Shown in pieces: positions 51,591-62,566 of a stretch of 62,566 bases of DNA (within the stretch, counting starts at the first letter, position 1; every line of letters begins with the position of its first letter). Source of the DNA: Octopus sinensis (Eukaryota); NCBI RefSeq assembly GCF_006345805.1, contig NW_021834327.1:1-62566 (forward strand), given 5' to 3'. Position numbers and translations under genes: made by a program. The notes under the pieces were generated by a model. It did not search any database, was not told the origin of the DNA, and was given only the letters and a program-made list of their open reading frames with translations.

Positions 51591-54500
51591 GAATTAAAAA
51601 ATCATTCATTTTTATTAAGTATTTGTGTACTGTTTCTTTCTACATTTAATATGCAAACCTCATCGATTTTTCAAATTCTCAATCGTTTTTAAGAAATATT
51701 TTTGAACTGATTTTCTTGAAAAAAAAAGAAGAAAAGAAAAATATATTTAATAGACAAAATTTATCGATTCTTTTTCGACCTGCTAATTATTGATTTAGGT
51801 AGCATTTTAAAAATATATTTTCGAAATAATCATTCGAATGTTTCCAAAGTGAAAGTTTTCGAAAGCTAAACTTAAGGTTCACTCAATTACTCTAAGATAA
51901 AAGGCAGAAAACTTCGCAGACGTGTTAGAACGCTGGGGAAAAAATATCTTTCGACATTTTTCTGGCTGTTTTCAGTCTGATACAAATCCACCTGAGATTA
52001 ACTTTTCTTTTTATTCTTTCGGTGTTGATGAACTAAAAAGTACCAATCAAGTACTGTGATCGGGGGTATCGACTAATCCACCCACCAGAAATAGCCAGCC
52101 TTCTGCTTAAATCAGAAACTATTATAAAACTGTAAGACAGGTGCAACTTTTTTCATGGCTCATCAGGAGGCTGGTCGGAGTACTAAAAAACTTTCAAGGT
52201 AATTTTTCGTTGGGTGTGCCATTCAGAAAATTTCGCAGACCGCTGTTTAGCTACGACTGCTTTAAAATGGACGAAGGTGCAACCGAGTTTACAAACAAGA
52301 CGAAACGCTATTCGTATTTATAGTAGTTTCCAAGTACTTTATGCGCCCCTTAAGATTTTAGCGAATATTGCTGATCACATCTTAAATAATCAACGATATT
52401 TCGTCAAACTCTGAGGATTAGCAATGAAAGAATAACTTTAGCACTACAAGAGTTTAGGACCCAATCTGTTATGCCTTCGCTTATGCCTTCGTTAAGGTCA
52501 TTACCACAAAATTGACTTCTTTTTTATATTTTCACTGCTTTTATTATGAAAAAGATTTTGGAGGAAAAACGCAACATTTACTTTACAACATTATTTTAAA
52601 TATTCCTTTTATTTATTTATTTTTGTATTTCTCCACTTTTATTTTCAGTGATTAAACTATATTTTAAATCAGCTTTAAAAAAATATTCGTTCAACGTTTT
52701 GAAGGTTCTTGTGGGATAAATTTTATTATCTTCGTTATTTAATCAGAGAAAGCAAGGCGACGACCATAACACCTTGCGAGGCCATGACATTTCCTTGAAT
52801 AGTGGGAGAGATGGGCGGAAGAGAAAGCATGCCTCGTAGCTTTCCTTGAGATTGAAAACCTGACCAGAGAGGGCGCCACTGAAGTTATTCAAAGCCCGGT
52901 GGGGGTGTAATACCGGATATCGGATAATGTTTGCCTTCAAGAACAAGTGCAGCACTTTTCTAACAGGATTTGGTACAATTTTTGTGTATCAAATTTAATT
53001 CTCAAGGCTTTGGTTAACTCTTAGGTTATGGTAGTATACGTGGGCGAAAGTAAAGAATACATACATCCGGGATTTAGGGTTAGGCGCCGAAAACGGGTGG
53101 TGATGTATTCTTTATCTCCGCCAACACCTGTGCTCAAGGTGCGCGCACTGAACTCGATCTCTGAAATACGTTGTTATGAAGCAAACTCGTTAACCGTACA
53201 ACCATGTTGTGTTTACCTAGGGGGAAAAAAAGCAAATTCATCGATTTCCTATATTGTTAATTCTTGATTTATTTACCTCGCAGAGTTTCGAAAACAAGCA
53301 CCACCATTATTTATTTATTTATTTTCTTGTTTACAAAAAATTCATTAGATTTCTATACTTTAATTACTGGAGATTACAATTCTAGGGAAAAAAAGACACA
53401 CAAATATCCTTTAACCTCTTTCTCCTCGTTTTGGAGTTCGAAACCGTTGGTAACTTTTTCACTTTTGACAATTTTTTTTCCGAAAAAAATTTTTTTTTTT
53501 CTAATCACATGGCTTAATCACAGATCACGAATTTGGGTCAAAGTTGGGAATGTAACTTTCATAAATTCAATTTTGCGTGACGAGTAGAGAGTTTTTTGTT
53601 GTTGTTTTTAGTAAAATACCGCCATTGATCTTCTAAAACAGTCATAGGCAAACTGTAGCCCAAAAGATTTTCTGAATGGCTCGTCAATGAAAAATTACCT
53701 TGAACTTTTTCTTCTTTTGGTAGTGCGGCTCGCTTGCTGATGAGCAATGTTACATGCGGCTCGCTTCTCAAAAATGGTTGTTCATGCTTGTTCTAAAAAA
53801 GGTTATGACAACCTCAAGACTTTTTTCTTTTTTGTTCTGTATCCGAGGTGGGATGAAAGGCAAAGCAGACTATGGCTGGGTTTGAACTTAAAACGTAAAG
53901 ACCTCTAACTAAACACCGCAAAGCATTATATTCTACCCCTCTAATGGCTCTTAATTAATTGTTAGTTACACTGTGAGTAAAACATGTAATTTTTTTTTTA
54001 TAAATAACATAGACATATGTACGTAAGTTGCACACATTCTTTGCATTCTATGTAAATATATAATTTGGTTATTCACGGTTTCAGACTGTCTGTAGTGTAA
54101 AAAAATTAGTGTTTTCTACCGTTTTAACTATATGTATACAACTTAACTAGCTGTTGTCGATAAAAGAAATTCTCTTCAGTCATACCATCGAGCTAGTTGA
54201 TTTATTTCCCTTGGTTCATTTCATTATTTATTATCTAAATTTAATTCATGCACATGTTGTCTACTGATCTCCGTAGGCGCAGTTAACGTGTACTTCTCTT
54301 AGTAGACGCAGTGTGGCCGAATAGTTTAATGAGCATGTGTACGCGCAGTAAACATATATGCCTCCCTTAGTCGGCACAGTTTGGCCGAATGGTACAGTAA
54401 ACATAGATACTGCCTTTAGTGGATGCAGTGAATGTGTGCTTCCTTTAACACAATGTGGCTAGATAGTTTAGTGAACATGTGTGGCACATTGAACATGTTT

Positions 54501-54965
54501 ACTGTCCTTAATCAACACGTATACTTCCCTCAGTAGACGCAGTGTGACCGAGTGATTTACAAATTTGTATCGTAATACACGCGCACACTCACGACGGGCT
54601 TCTTTTAGTTTCAGTCTACCAAATGCACTCAAAAGGTTTTGGTTGACATGAGGCTATGGCAGAAGACACTAGATTAAGGTACCACCAAATGGGATTGAGC
54701 CTGAATCACGTGGTTGGGAGGCAAACGTCTTGCAACCCAGCTGCGTCTGCGCATACCTACCTACCAGATGTACAAATAAGGCAAATTTATCTATTTCTCC
54801 GTTGATTGACAAAATTGCTGAATAGCCTCAGTCGATTTTCGAACCTTATTGGATATATCAGAGGTGTCTACACCAATTTGACTAATCCCAGAGATACAAG
54901 CAGCCGATCTGTTTGAGGTAGGACAGCGTCCATGAGAGTGGCAGCGAGATGAAATGCTGATGTAT

Positions 54966-55347
54966 GTGGAGGCGCAATGGCCTAGTGGTTAGGGCAGCGG
55001 ACTCGCGGTCGTAGGATCGCGGTTTCGATTCCCAGACCGGGCGTTGTGAGTGTTTATTGAGCGAAAACACCTAAAGCTCCACGAGGCTCCGGCAGGGATG
55101 ATGGTGATCCCTGCTGTACTCTTCCACCACAACTTTCTCTCACTCTTACTCCTGTTTCTGTTGTACCTGTATTTCAAAGAGCCGGCCTTGTCACTCTCTC
55201 TGTTCACGCTGAACATCCCCGAGAACTACGTTAAGGGTACACGTGTCTGTGGATGCTCAGCCGACTTACACGTTAATTTCACGAGCAGGCTGTTCCGTTG
55301 ATCGGATCAACCGGAACCCTCGTCGTCGTAAACGACGGAGTGCTTCC
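54966..55347 (+). mobile_element. SINE family C, full length
   Basis: 12-bp TSD ATGCTG(A/G)TGTAT at 54954-54965 and 55348-55359. Confidence 0.92.
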
Positions 55348-55659
55348 ATGCTGGTGTATGAGACGCGCTCTTTACATTTATTCTTAAATATGATTGTTAA
55401 AATGCCATGCGTCTAATGTGACTGTCATACAGATGGGATACCGAGAGTATATCAATGAAACATTAAATTTGTCTCTAATTTATTCACAAAAAAATTAGGT
55501 TTGTTCTTATGCGAGATTGTGTCTTATACACCAACAAATACGATAGCTTTGAATGCATGCTGCAGAGTTGGCTCTGATAAAGACACTCAAGGACCGTGTG
55601 GTTGCATCGAACCGGGCGTCGGATTATATTTTAGTGTTGCCTTTTGTATATAATAAACA

Positions 55660-55852
55660 TTGGCTTTGTGGAAAGTAGCTTGCTTACCAACCACATGGTT
55701 CCGGGTTCAGTCCCACTGCGTGGCATCTTGGGCAAGTGTCTTCTGCTATAGCCTCGGGCCGACAATGCCTTGTGAGTGGATTTGGTAGACGGAAACTGAA
55801 GGAAGCCTGTCGTATATTGTATATATATATATATATTATATATATATATATC

Positions 55853-55885
<33 letters not shown>

Positions 55886-56095
55886 TGTATATGTTTGTGT
55901 GTCTGTGTTTGTCCCCCAGCATCGCTTGACAATCGATGCTGGTGTGTTTACGTCCCCGTCACTTAGCGGTTCGGCAAAAGAGACCGATAGAATAAGTACT
56001 GGGCTTACAAAGAATAAGTCCCGGGGTCGACTTGCTCGACTAAAGGCGGTGCTCCAGCATGTCCACAGTCAAATGACTGAAACAAGTAAAAAAAA
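55660..56095 (+). mobile_element. SINE family A
   Basis: Matches the family A consensus. Confidence 0.9.
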
Positions 56096-56329
56096 AAAAT
56101 GTTGTTCGACATATTTTGTAGCTTTTTGCAGCATTTCTACCGGTTCCTGTGGTTCCATTTCAAATTACACCGAGGTCAACTTTGCCTTTTATCCTCCTGG
56201 GGTTCGATAAAATGAAGTACCAATCATGTACTGGGGTCGTTGACTCTGACTGTCCACCTTTCCTCCAAATTACTGTCCATGTGCCTAAAACAGAAAGAAA
56301 TATCATTTAAGGTGGCGAGCTGGCAGAAT

Positions 56330-56945
56330 CGTTAGCACGGCGAGCAAAATGCTTCGCAGCATTTTGTCCGTCCCTACTTTCTGAGTTCAAATTTCACCGG
56401 GGTCGACTTTACCTTTCATCTTTTCAGAGTCGATAAATTAAGTACCAGTAAAACACTGGCGTCGATGTAATAGACTCGTCGGATCTTTTCGGTTTGAACG
56501 GCAGTTTTTAACATAATTTTTAGGTAATTAAAAAAATTTTTAACTTCGTATACTGGTAGAATGTATTTATAAAACATCTTTTTCTCTTGCCTTTATTGAG
56601 AAAATTCTATAGTTTGTAAGATATTTGTTGTTTTTTCTTCAATTTCTGCAATTTCAACCAATCAGTGACGTCTATTGAGTTAAAAAGCATTCTGTGCCGT
56701 ATGAATATGTGCCTCATTTAAGAAACAGATTGGGTTTATTTACATTTGTGAAGAATAAAAGATACCCTTCCGCCACCCCTAACCCTAAAAGAGATTGAAA
56801 TGCAATAGATCGAGTCTAGGGTCATAATTATGTGTGACAATTTCATATGACACCGCTAGAAAAAAACTGCCGTTCAAACCGAAAAGATCCGACTCGTCCC
56901 CTTCCGCAAAATTTCAGGTCTTGTGCCTAAAGTAGAAAGGGTTAC
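56330..56945 (+). mobile_element. SINE family B (tail 2) interrupted by a MITE
   Basis: Removing 56481-56898 restores GTCGATGTAATAGACTCGTCCCCTTCC...AATTTCAGGTCTTGTGCCTAAAGTAGAAAGG. Confidence 0.87.
56481..56890. mobile_element. 410-bp MITE with 29-bp perfect TIRs and an 8-bp TSD (Merlin-like termini; hAT not excluded)
   Basis: TIR GGATCTTTTCGGTTTGAACGGCAGTTTTT; TSD GACTCGTC at 56473-80 and 56891-98. Confidence 0.92.
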
Positions 56946-57544
56946 TATTAGGGCGGTGTATTGACAGAAATGATACGCGGTATATATTCCAACTCTTCTA
57001 TATGTTATTTAATAGTCGTTGAAACTTGGAAATGCGACTGTAATACCTTTTGATTCGTCAGGCAGTAATAATTTGATACACATACATGCGCTCACCCATG
57101 ATAGAATTCACTTGCAGTGAGTCAAATGTAAAACACGCAAATGTTGTTAGTACAAATCTCTATTAATTACTGTTCAATTGGTCAGCTGCTATAATTAAGC
57201 CACAGCTGGCCACCACTGTCTATCCCTTCGTTGCCACTACACGTTTATTGTTTAAGATTTACAATAAATTATATATCTTACAGTTGAACTGGTCTTCCAC
57301 TTACTAACTGACCACTATAATTAACCAATAACTGACCGCCACTTGCCATTGGTCATCGATAGACGGTCACCACCAATGTGGCGGTTCCATTTTGCTTCTC
57401 TACCTCTCTGTCCCTTCATTCCTCCTCCTCTCTTTTCTTTTGCCTTTCACTCACTTTCTCTGTCTCTCACATCTTATATAACGTCTCACTTTCTCTCTCT
57501 CTCACTCTCGTGTGTCTGTGTTTTAACTCTCAATGAAGTGTAGA

Positions 57545-58487
57545 CTGAGGTATTTCCTGTGCCGTCTGGTGCTCACAACCCTCTCCCAGTCAGTGAATAT
57601 TCCATCGCAGCATTCTAAAGAGGATTAGTAGCGGGAAAGATAGAGGACGTCTTAGAGGAAACTGAGAGTCGAGAAAAATCAACTGGCTAGTCTTTTCTTG
57701 GGGACTTTCGGGTCGGAATCCATAGATAACGTCCATAGACATTTTGTAGAAATCCTTAGTGCTACCGGTGGGTGGGGAGCATTGCCTGTTCAGGATAAAT
57801 TCTACAGACATGACAGCATCATCAACCGCGCCTGTCCGAGATGCGCGCAGAGCGATGAAACCGTCCTGCACACATTCGCACACTGCTCGAGCATTGCTAA
57901 CTTGTGGTGTTATGTCGCACCGGCTGCTATCACGTGTAAGGACGGATCTGGCTATCGGCCAACTCCATCGTGAAGTTCGTCCCGCTGCCGGGAAAAGCAG
58001 ATACTTTTCCCCTGCCTGGTGGTTATGACGAAAAGGGTTGTATGGTGGTCAAGACTGAAAGGACCGAAGACAGTCACTTTCCACTTCGGCCAAGACATCG
58101 ACATTTTAAAATGCCATTTGAAAACGAAGGTGAAGGTTGAGAAGGATGTGCCACTCACCCGTAAATTCGTTGAAAAGTGGGTGAATGTGGCAAGAATGGC
58201 TCGAGTGAGTGGGTCCACTGTGCAGGCGCTTGTAGGCCGAGGAGTGCAGAAGAGAGAAGAGCACATACCATGGTACTTACTCTTGGTGAATAAAGTAGCT
58301 CGGGATCTGTAGGTTTCTTTTGGTTACCCTTGGGTGGCGTTTTGCCCTATTGGTGAATTTGTGAGAATTTTTTTCTTTTTGTTAAATATTATTGTTTTTT
58401 ATTGCTTACCCGTTCCTTTATAAATCCCCTCTGTCGTTTGTTTATCTATTGTCCTAAATGTTTTTCACGGCCCTTGTGGTCAATAAA
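57545..58487 (+). mobile_element. Tx1/L1-clade LINE 3' end (zinc knuckle, 3' UTR, AATAAA), pseudogenised
   Basis: WGALPVQDKFYRH...RACPRCAQSDETVLHTFAHCSSIANLW; VMTKRVVWWSRLKG...FVEKWVNVARM; AATAAA at 58482-58487. Confidence 0.87.
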
Positions 58488-58496
58488 TTATTATTA

Positions 58497-58935
58497 AGGC
58501 AGCGAGCTGGCAGAATTGTTAGCATGCCGGACAAAATTCTTAGCGGCATTTCGTCCGTCTTCATGTTCTGAGTGCAAATTCCGCTAAGATCGACTCTGCC
58601 TTTCATCCTTTTGGCTTCGATGAAATAAGTACCATTTACGTACTGAGGTCGGTATAATCGACTGGCACAAATTCCAGGCCTTGTGCCTTTAGCAGAAAAG
58701 ATTATTATCATTATTATTATTGTTATTAGAATCGTTAATTTGTCGGACAAAATGGTTAGAGACATTTCTTCCAGCCCTTTAAGCCCTGAGTTCAAATCCT
58801 GCCTAGGTCAACTTTGCCTTTCATCCTTTCCGTATCGATAAATTAAGTTCCAGTCGAGTATTGGGGTCGGTGTAGTCAACTAACCCACTTTCAACAAAAT
58901 TGCTGGGCTTGTGCCAAAACTTTGAAACTATTATT
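58497..58935 (+). mobile_element. Two SINE family B copies (tail 2)
   Basis: AGGCAGCGAGCTGGCAGAATTGTTAGC...GGCCTTGTGCC, then a second degenerate unit. Confidence 0.82.
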
Positions 58936-58998
58936 ATTACAATTTATCAGCCTTTGAGTCAGTTTGTAACATCTGTCGACTAATGATATATATATGTG

Positions 58999-59043
<45 letters not shown>

Positions 59044-59122
59044 GTTATATAAATTTCTATAATTGTTCTCCTTCCTTTTCCCTCTTCTACTGCACGTTTG
59101 TCCTCATTTCTTTGCGCTCTCT

Positions 59123-59164
<42 letters not shown>

Positions 59165-59296
59165 CCTCTCTCTCTCTCTCTCCGCTTCACGTTCTGTTTT
59201 TTTTTTTGTTTTTCTATACCCACCTCAAATCTCTCTCTTTCTCACACACATAAACAATGATTATATATAACAAAGTAAAAAAAAGCAAATTTTTTC

Positions 59297-59383
<87 letters not shown>

Positions 59384-59560
59384 TTTAAACGAGCAGCCTT
59401 CGAATTTTTCTATCCAAAGAGTTTTTAACCCGGTATTTACACGTTATTAATTATAGCTTTTCGACCGTTAAAAACGATATAGATAGGTAGACATAGCTAA
59501 ATGATATATATATATATATATATATATATAGATATACTATGATGGTGATAGATGGGTTGC

Positions 59561-59780
59561 GAAGGCGCGTGGCCAGATGGTTAAAGGCGTCGCCCCCACG
59601 TTTGCGAGATTATGGTTTCGATTCACACGACCGGCTGAACTCGTGTTTTTCATCAAAAACACTCCATCACACGTTTGCTCTGCGATCACTTCTACTTCTG
59701 ACGTGTGGTACACCATGCACCTCTAGGGCCAACATCGATTTGATGGCGGGGTTGAGCTAATGTACAGCACAAATATTTCA
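59561..59780 (+). mobile_element. SINE with a D-like head and another body (G), degenerate
   Basis: GAAGGCGCGTGGCCAGATGGTTAAAGGCG...GGTTTCGATTC; downstream sequence unlike bodies C, E and F. Confidence 0.55.
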
Positions 59781-59806
59781 TTATTATAAACAAGTGCAGA
59801 TTGTTT

Positions 59807-60130
59807 GTGGAGGTGCAATGGCCCAGTGGTTAGTGCAGCGGACTCGCGGTCGGAGGATCGCGGTTTCGATTCCCAGACCGAATATTATGTGTGTTTATTG
59901 AGCGAAAACACCTAAAGCTCCACGAGGCTCCGGCAGGGGCTGGGGGGTGGCGACCCCTGTTGTACTCTTTCGCCCTAACTTTCTCTCACTCTTTCTTCCT
60001 GTTTCTTGGGTAACGCTGCGATGGACTGGCGTCCCGTCCAGCTGGGGGGAACACATACGCCACAGAAACCGGGAAACAAGGGCCCATGAGCCTGGCTAGG
60101 CTTGGAAAGGGCGCATAAATAAAATAAAAT
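59807..60130 (+). mobile_element. SINE with family C head and an alternative 3' body ending in (AAAAT)n
   Basis: Matches family C to ...CTTTCTCTCACTCTT.CTTCCTGTTTC, then GCGATGGACTGGCGTCCCGTCCAG...AGAAACCGGG. Confidence 0.85.
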
Positions 60131-61664
60131 AAAATATGCAGATTATTCGGCCCAAAAAATTTCAATAACTCACATCTGTCGTTTGCGACGGGTGGTTCCA
60201 TGGTGTATGGCTAATGTTGTACTATTCTTATCTACAGCCTGTGCAATGTTATGGTAAAGTGAGTTTGTGATTATATTCTGTTGTCTACCGTTGTGGTGGG
60301 TGGTGGTGTGGAATCGTTATGTGGTCCCGGTGTCGTGGTATGTGATATAGAAGTTCTTATGATTATAGATTCTTTGCTGTCTGGCTTCGTTTTTTCATGT
60401 GACAAAACATTTTGGAATGTTGTGTCCACTTACCTTGCCTTCTGTGTGTGTGTGTGTGTATTATGTAACTATTTAGACATACATGTATTCACACACATTT
60501 TATATATATATATGATTATGTATACTGTAGGAATTTAAACAACACGTTAGGTACAATCAAACTATGTATAAGTAAGTATTAAGTGGAATGTATATTTATA
60601 TACTCGGTGAGAGAGTATAGACATCCACATATATACACTGACGGGTAACCATATTTTAGATATATAAGTTGTAGAAGGACTCAGTATGGTTAGGTTTAGT
60701 AGAATCATTTTTATGCAAAACAGTATCTTTACAGAAAAGTAGTCTGTGCCGCGTTGCTGTTTTTGTCAAATGTTAACAAAAGCGTTAGCACGAAACATAA
60801 GGTTGTGAACTGTGAAGATACAACGTTGAATAGAAATTGGTGTGTGTGTGTGTGTGTGTGTGTGTTTCTATTATGTCCTATAAGGCGGCAGTTTGACAAA
60901 GAGTCGACAAAAGTACCAGCTGCAATAAGTACTGGAGTTTAATATGGTTTACTACATGCTCTTATAAATACATAATTTGCATGTGTGTGTATATATACAT
61001 GAGGTTGATACTTGTAAAATGTTATTTGGCTTACCATCGACAGACTTTCACAATATCAAAATAACACCACCACTACTACTACTATAACTGTTTGGAAACA
61101 AAATTTGCGTGTTAAACTTGTATTTAATTTTAAGTGTCTCTCTTTATGCTCAGATAGACTTAATCGTCCCCTATAAGATAAAAGAAATTTCAGATGAAAT
61201 ACTGTGGCCGATATAATCGGCTTAAAAAAAGAAATTTTGAAAACAGTTACATTTATGTCAGGGGTGAACATTGACATCGCTTGAGTGGCTTTTGATTGTG
61301 TTCCACGTGAACGATGCCGCATTTTCAGTCATATAAGTCCACCTAGTATATGGCATAGACATTCAAACATTGTCACTCTCTTTCCAAATCCTACTGCATT
61401 TCACATGGAATTTTTGGTCTTCCGAAGTCGTCTTGCTGTATAAGTCGAGCGTCTTTTTTGGGGGTGGGGTGAATATTTTGGTTAGGAAAAAAAAGGACTT
61501 GTGTGTTAGAAAATAAAGAAAATTGAAATATATATAAAGAAACGAAACGACGCGAAGGCGCTCAGTCATATAATAACAATTTAATAAATAAACTATATGC
61601 ATACATACATACATATATGTACGTACCTACATCTATATGTATATATACATGCATATATATATAT

Positions 61665-61935
61665 ATATATGAGTACAGGACACCACAAATAAACGTAGAA
61701 CACAACGAGAAACGAAAACATAAAACCAACTAGGAAACGGACTTTTTTTTAACAACGAAAAAAAAAACAGAGTACAGACAAACATGCAAGGAATATTCCC
61801 CTTCATCAGCTGCCCTGGTTTGACTCAATGCGTGTTCGAAGGTAGGGCATGAACACGATCCGTCGAAACAATCCTTCCTGCAAAATGAATTAAATAAAAT
61901 TCTTTTGCAGAGGGGTATGGTTATATTATTTACAT
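61665..61935 (-). mobile_element. ~270-bp structured element ending at (TA)n, unclassified (possibly Penelope-related)
   Basis: 3' terminus GGTGTCCTGTACTCATATAT is also found as an isolated remnant in (TA)n at ~29719-29738. Confidence 0.6.
61798..61857 (-). ncRNA. Candidate non-circularly permuted hammerhead, one core A missing
   Basis: cgtGTT^c(a)tgccct, accttc-GAA-cacg, agggcag-CTGATGA-agggg. Confidence 0.45.
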
Positions 61936-62239
61936 GTATACTGTACTCTTCCAATTTAAAAGTCTGCATTGTATAGAGTGTAAACATTCAAACATCATGG
62001 CTATCTTTCCAAATACTGCTGCATTTCATATGGTACTTTCCGTCCTCTAAAGTCATCCTGGTCTCGAAGTCGACCATCTCTGGCGGAATTCTGATTTAAG
62101 CACCCTCATACCTTTTTTTAGTTTTGGGAATTTTCAGAAACTTTTTACGAATTTGTGTTCTGCACACGGGAATTTATACGATCATGAAAACAATTTTTTT
62201 ACCCCCTTCCCCACTCCTCCATAAATTCTAAAAGTTTTT

Positions 62240-62566
62240 CTCTTTTACTCGTTTACTTGTTTCGGTCATTTGACTGCGGCCATGCTGGAGCACCGCCCTT
62301 AGTTAAGCAAATCGACCCCAGGACTTATTGTTTGTAAGCCCAGTACTTATTCTATCGGTCTCTTTTGCAAACGCTATGTTACGGGGACGTAAACACACCA
62401 GCATCGGTTGTCAAGCGATGTTGGGGGGACAAACACAGACAACAAACATATGCACACATACATATATATACACATATATACGACGGGCTTCTTTCGGTTT
62501 CCGTCTACCAAATCCACTTACAAAGCTCTGGTCGGCCCGAGGCTATATAGAAGACACTTGCCCAAG
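62240..62566 (-). mobile_element. SINE family A, runs off the window end
   Basis: Reverse complement of the family A consensus. Confidence 0.9.

Noticed and set aside
52743-52955. 70-aa minus-strand ORF in a GC-richer block
   Set aside because: No recognisable motif or splice signals.
53074-53084. Interstitial telomere array
   Set aside because: Fewer than two TTAGGG units here and at 56778; not an array.
53737-53745. CTGATGA here, and CTGAAGA at ~7972
   Set aside because: No correctly placed GAAA, NUH or stems; the 7972 motif is not conserved in the second family H copy.

Overview
AT-rich, microsatellite-dense eukaryotic DNA with no recognisable intact host gene. The SINE families and (TA)n/(TG)n load are most consistent with a coleoid cephalopod such as Octopus (inference, not a database result). 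Most of the window is mobile DNA. It holds about 20 copies of a tRNA/CORE-like SINE (family A) and more than 20 copies of a second tRNA-derived SINE (family B). Several more SINEs share heads but carry different bodies (families C and D, and one with an RTE-type tail). Non-LTR remnants come from four to five clades: Tx1/L1 (two copies), CR1, a CR1/L2-group element, RTE, and an RLE-type HERO-like element. There is also a Helitron 3' portion and several MITEs (piggyBac-, Tigger- and Merlin-like, and a HINE/DINE-like element). Nearly all ORFs in the supplied track are microsatellite or SINE artefacts. The most interesting signal is RNA structure. Three minimal type I hammerhead-like motifs lie in small TA-embedded, Penelope-like elements (17.2, 38.2 and 47.2 kb). 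Three unrelated elements (27.0, 30.2 and 61.8 kb) each carry all three hammerhead core segments in a non-circular order (NUH/stem I, then GAAA/stem III, then CUGANGA), with a near-constant 14-15 nt linker. All folds were paired by eye and none was tested. SINE boundaries of degenerate copies are approximate.
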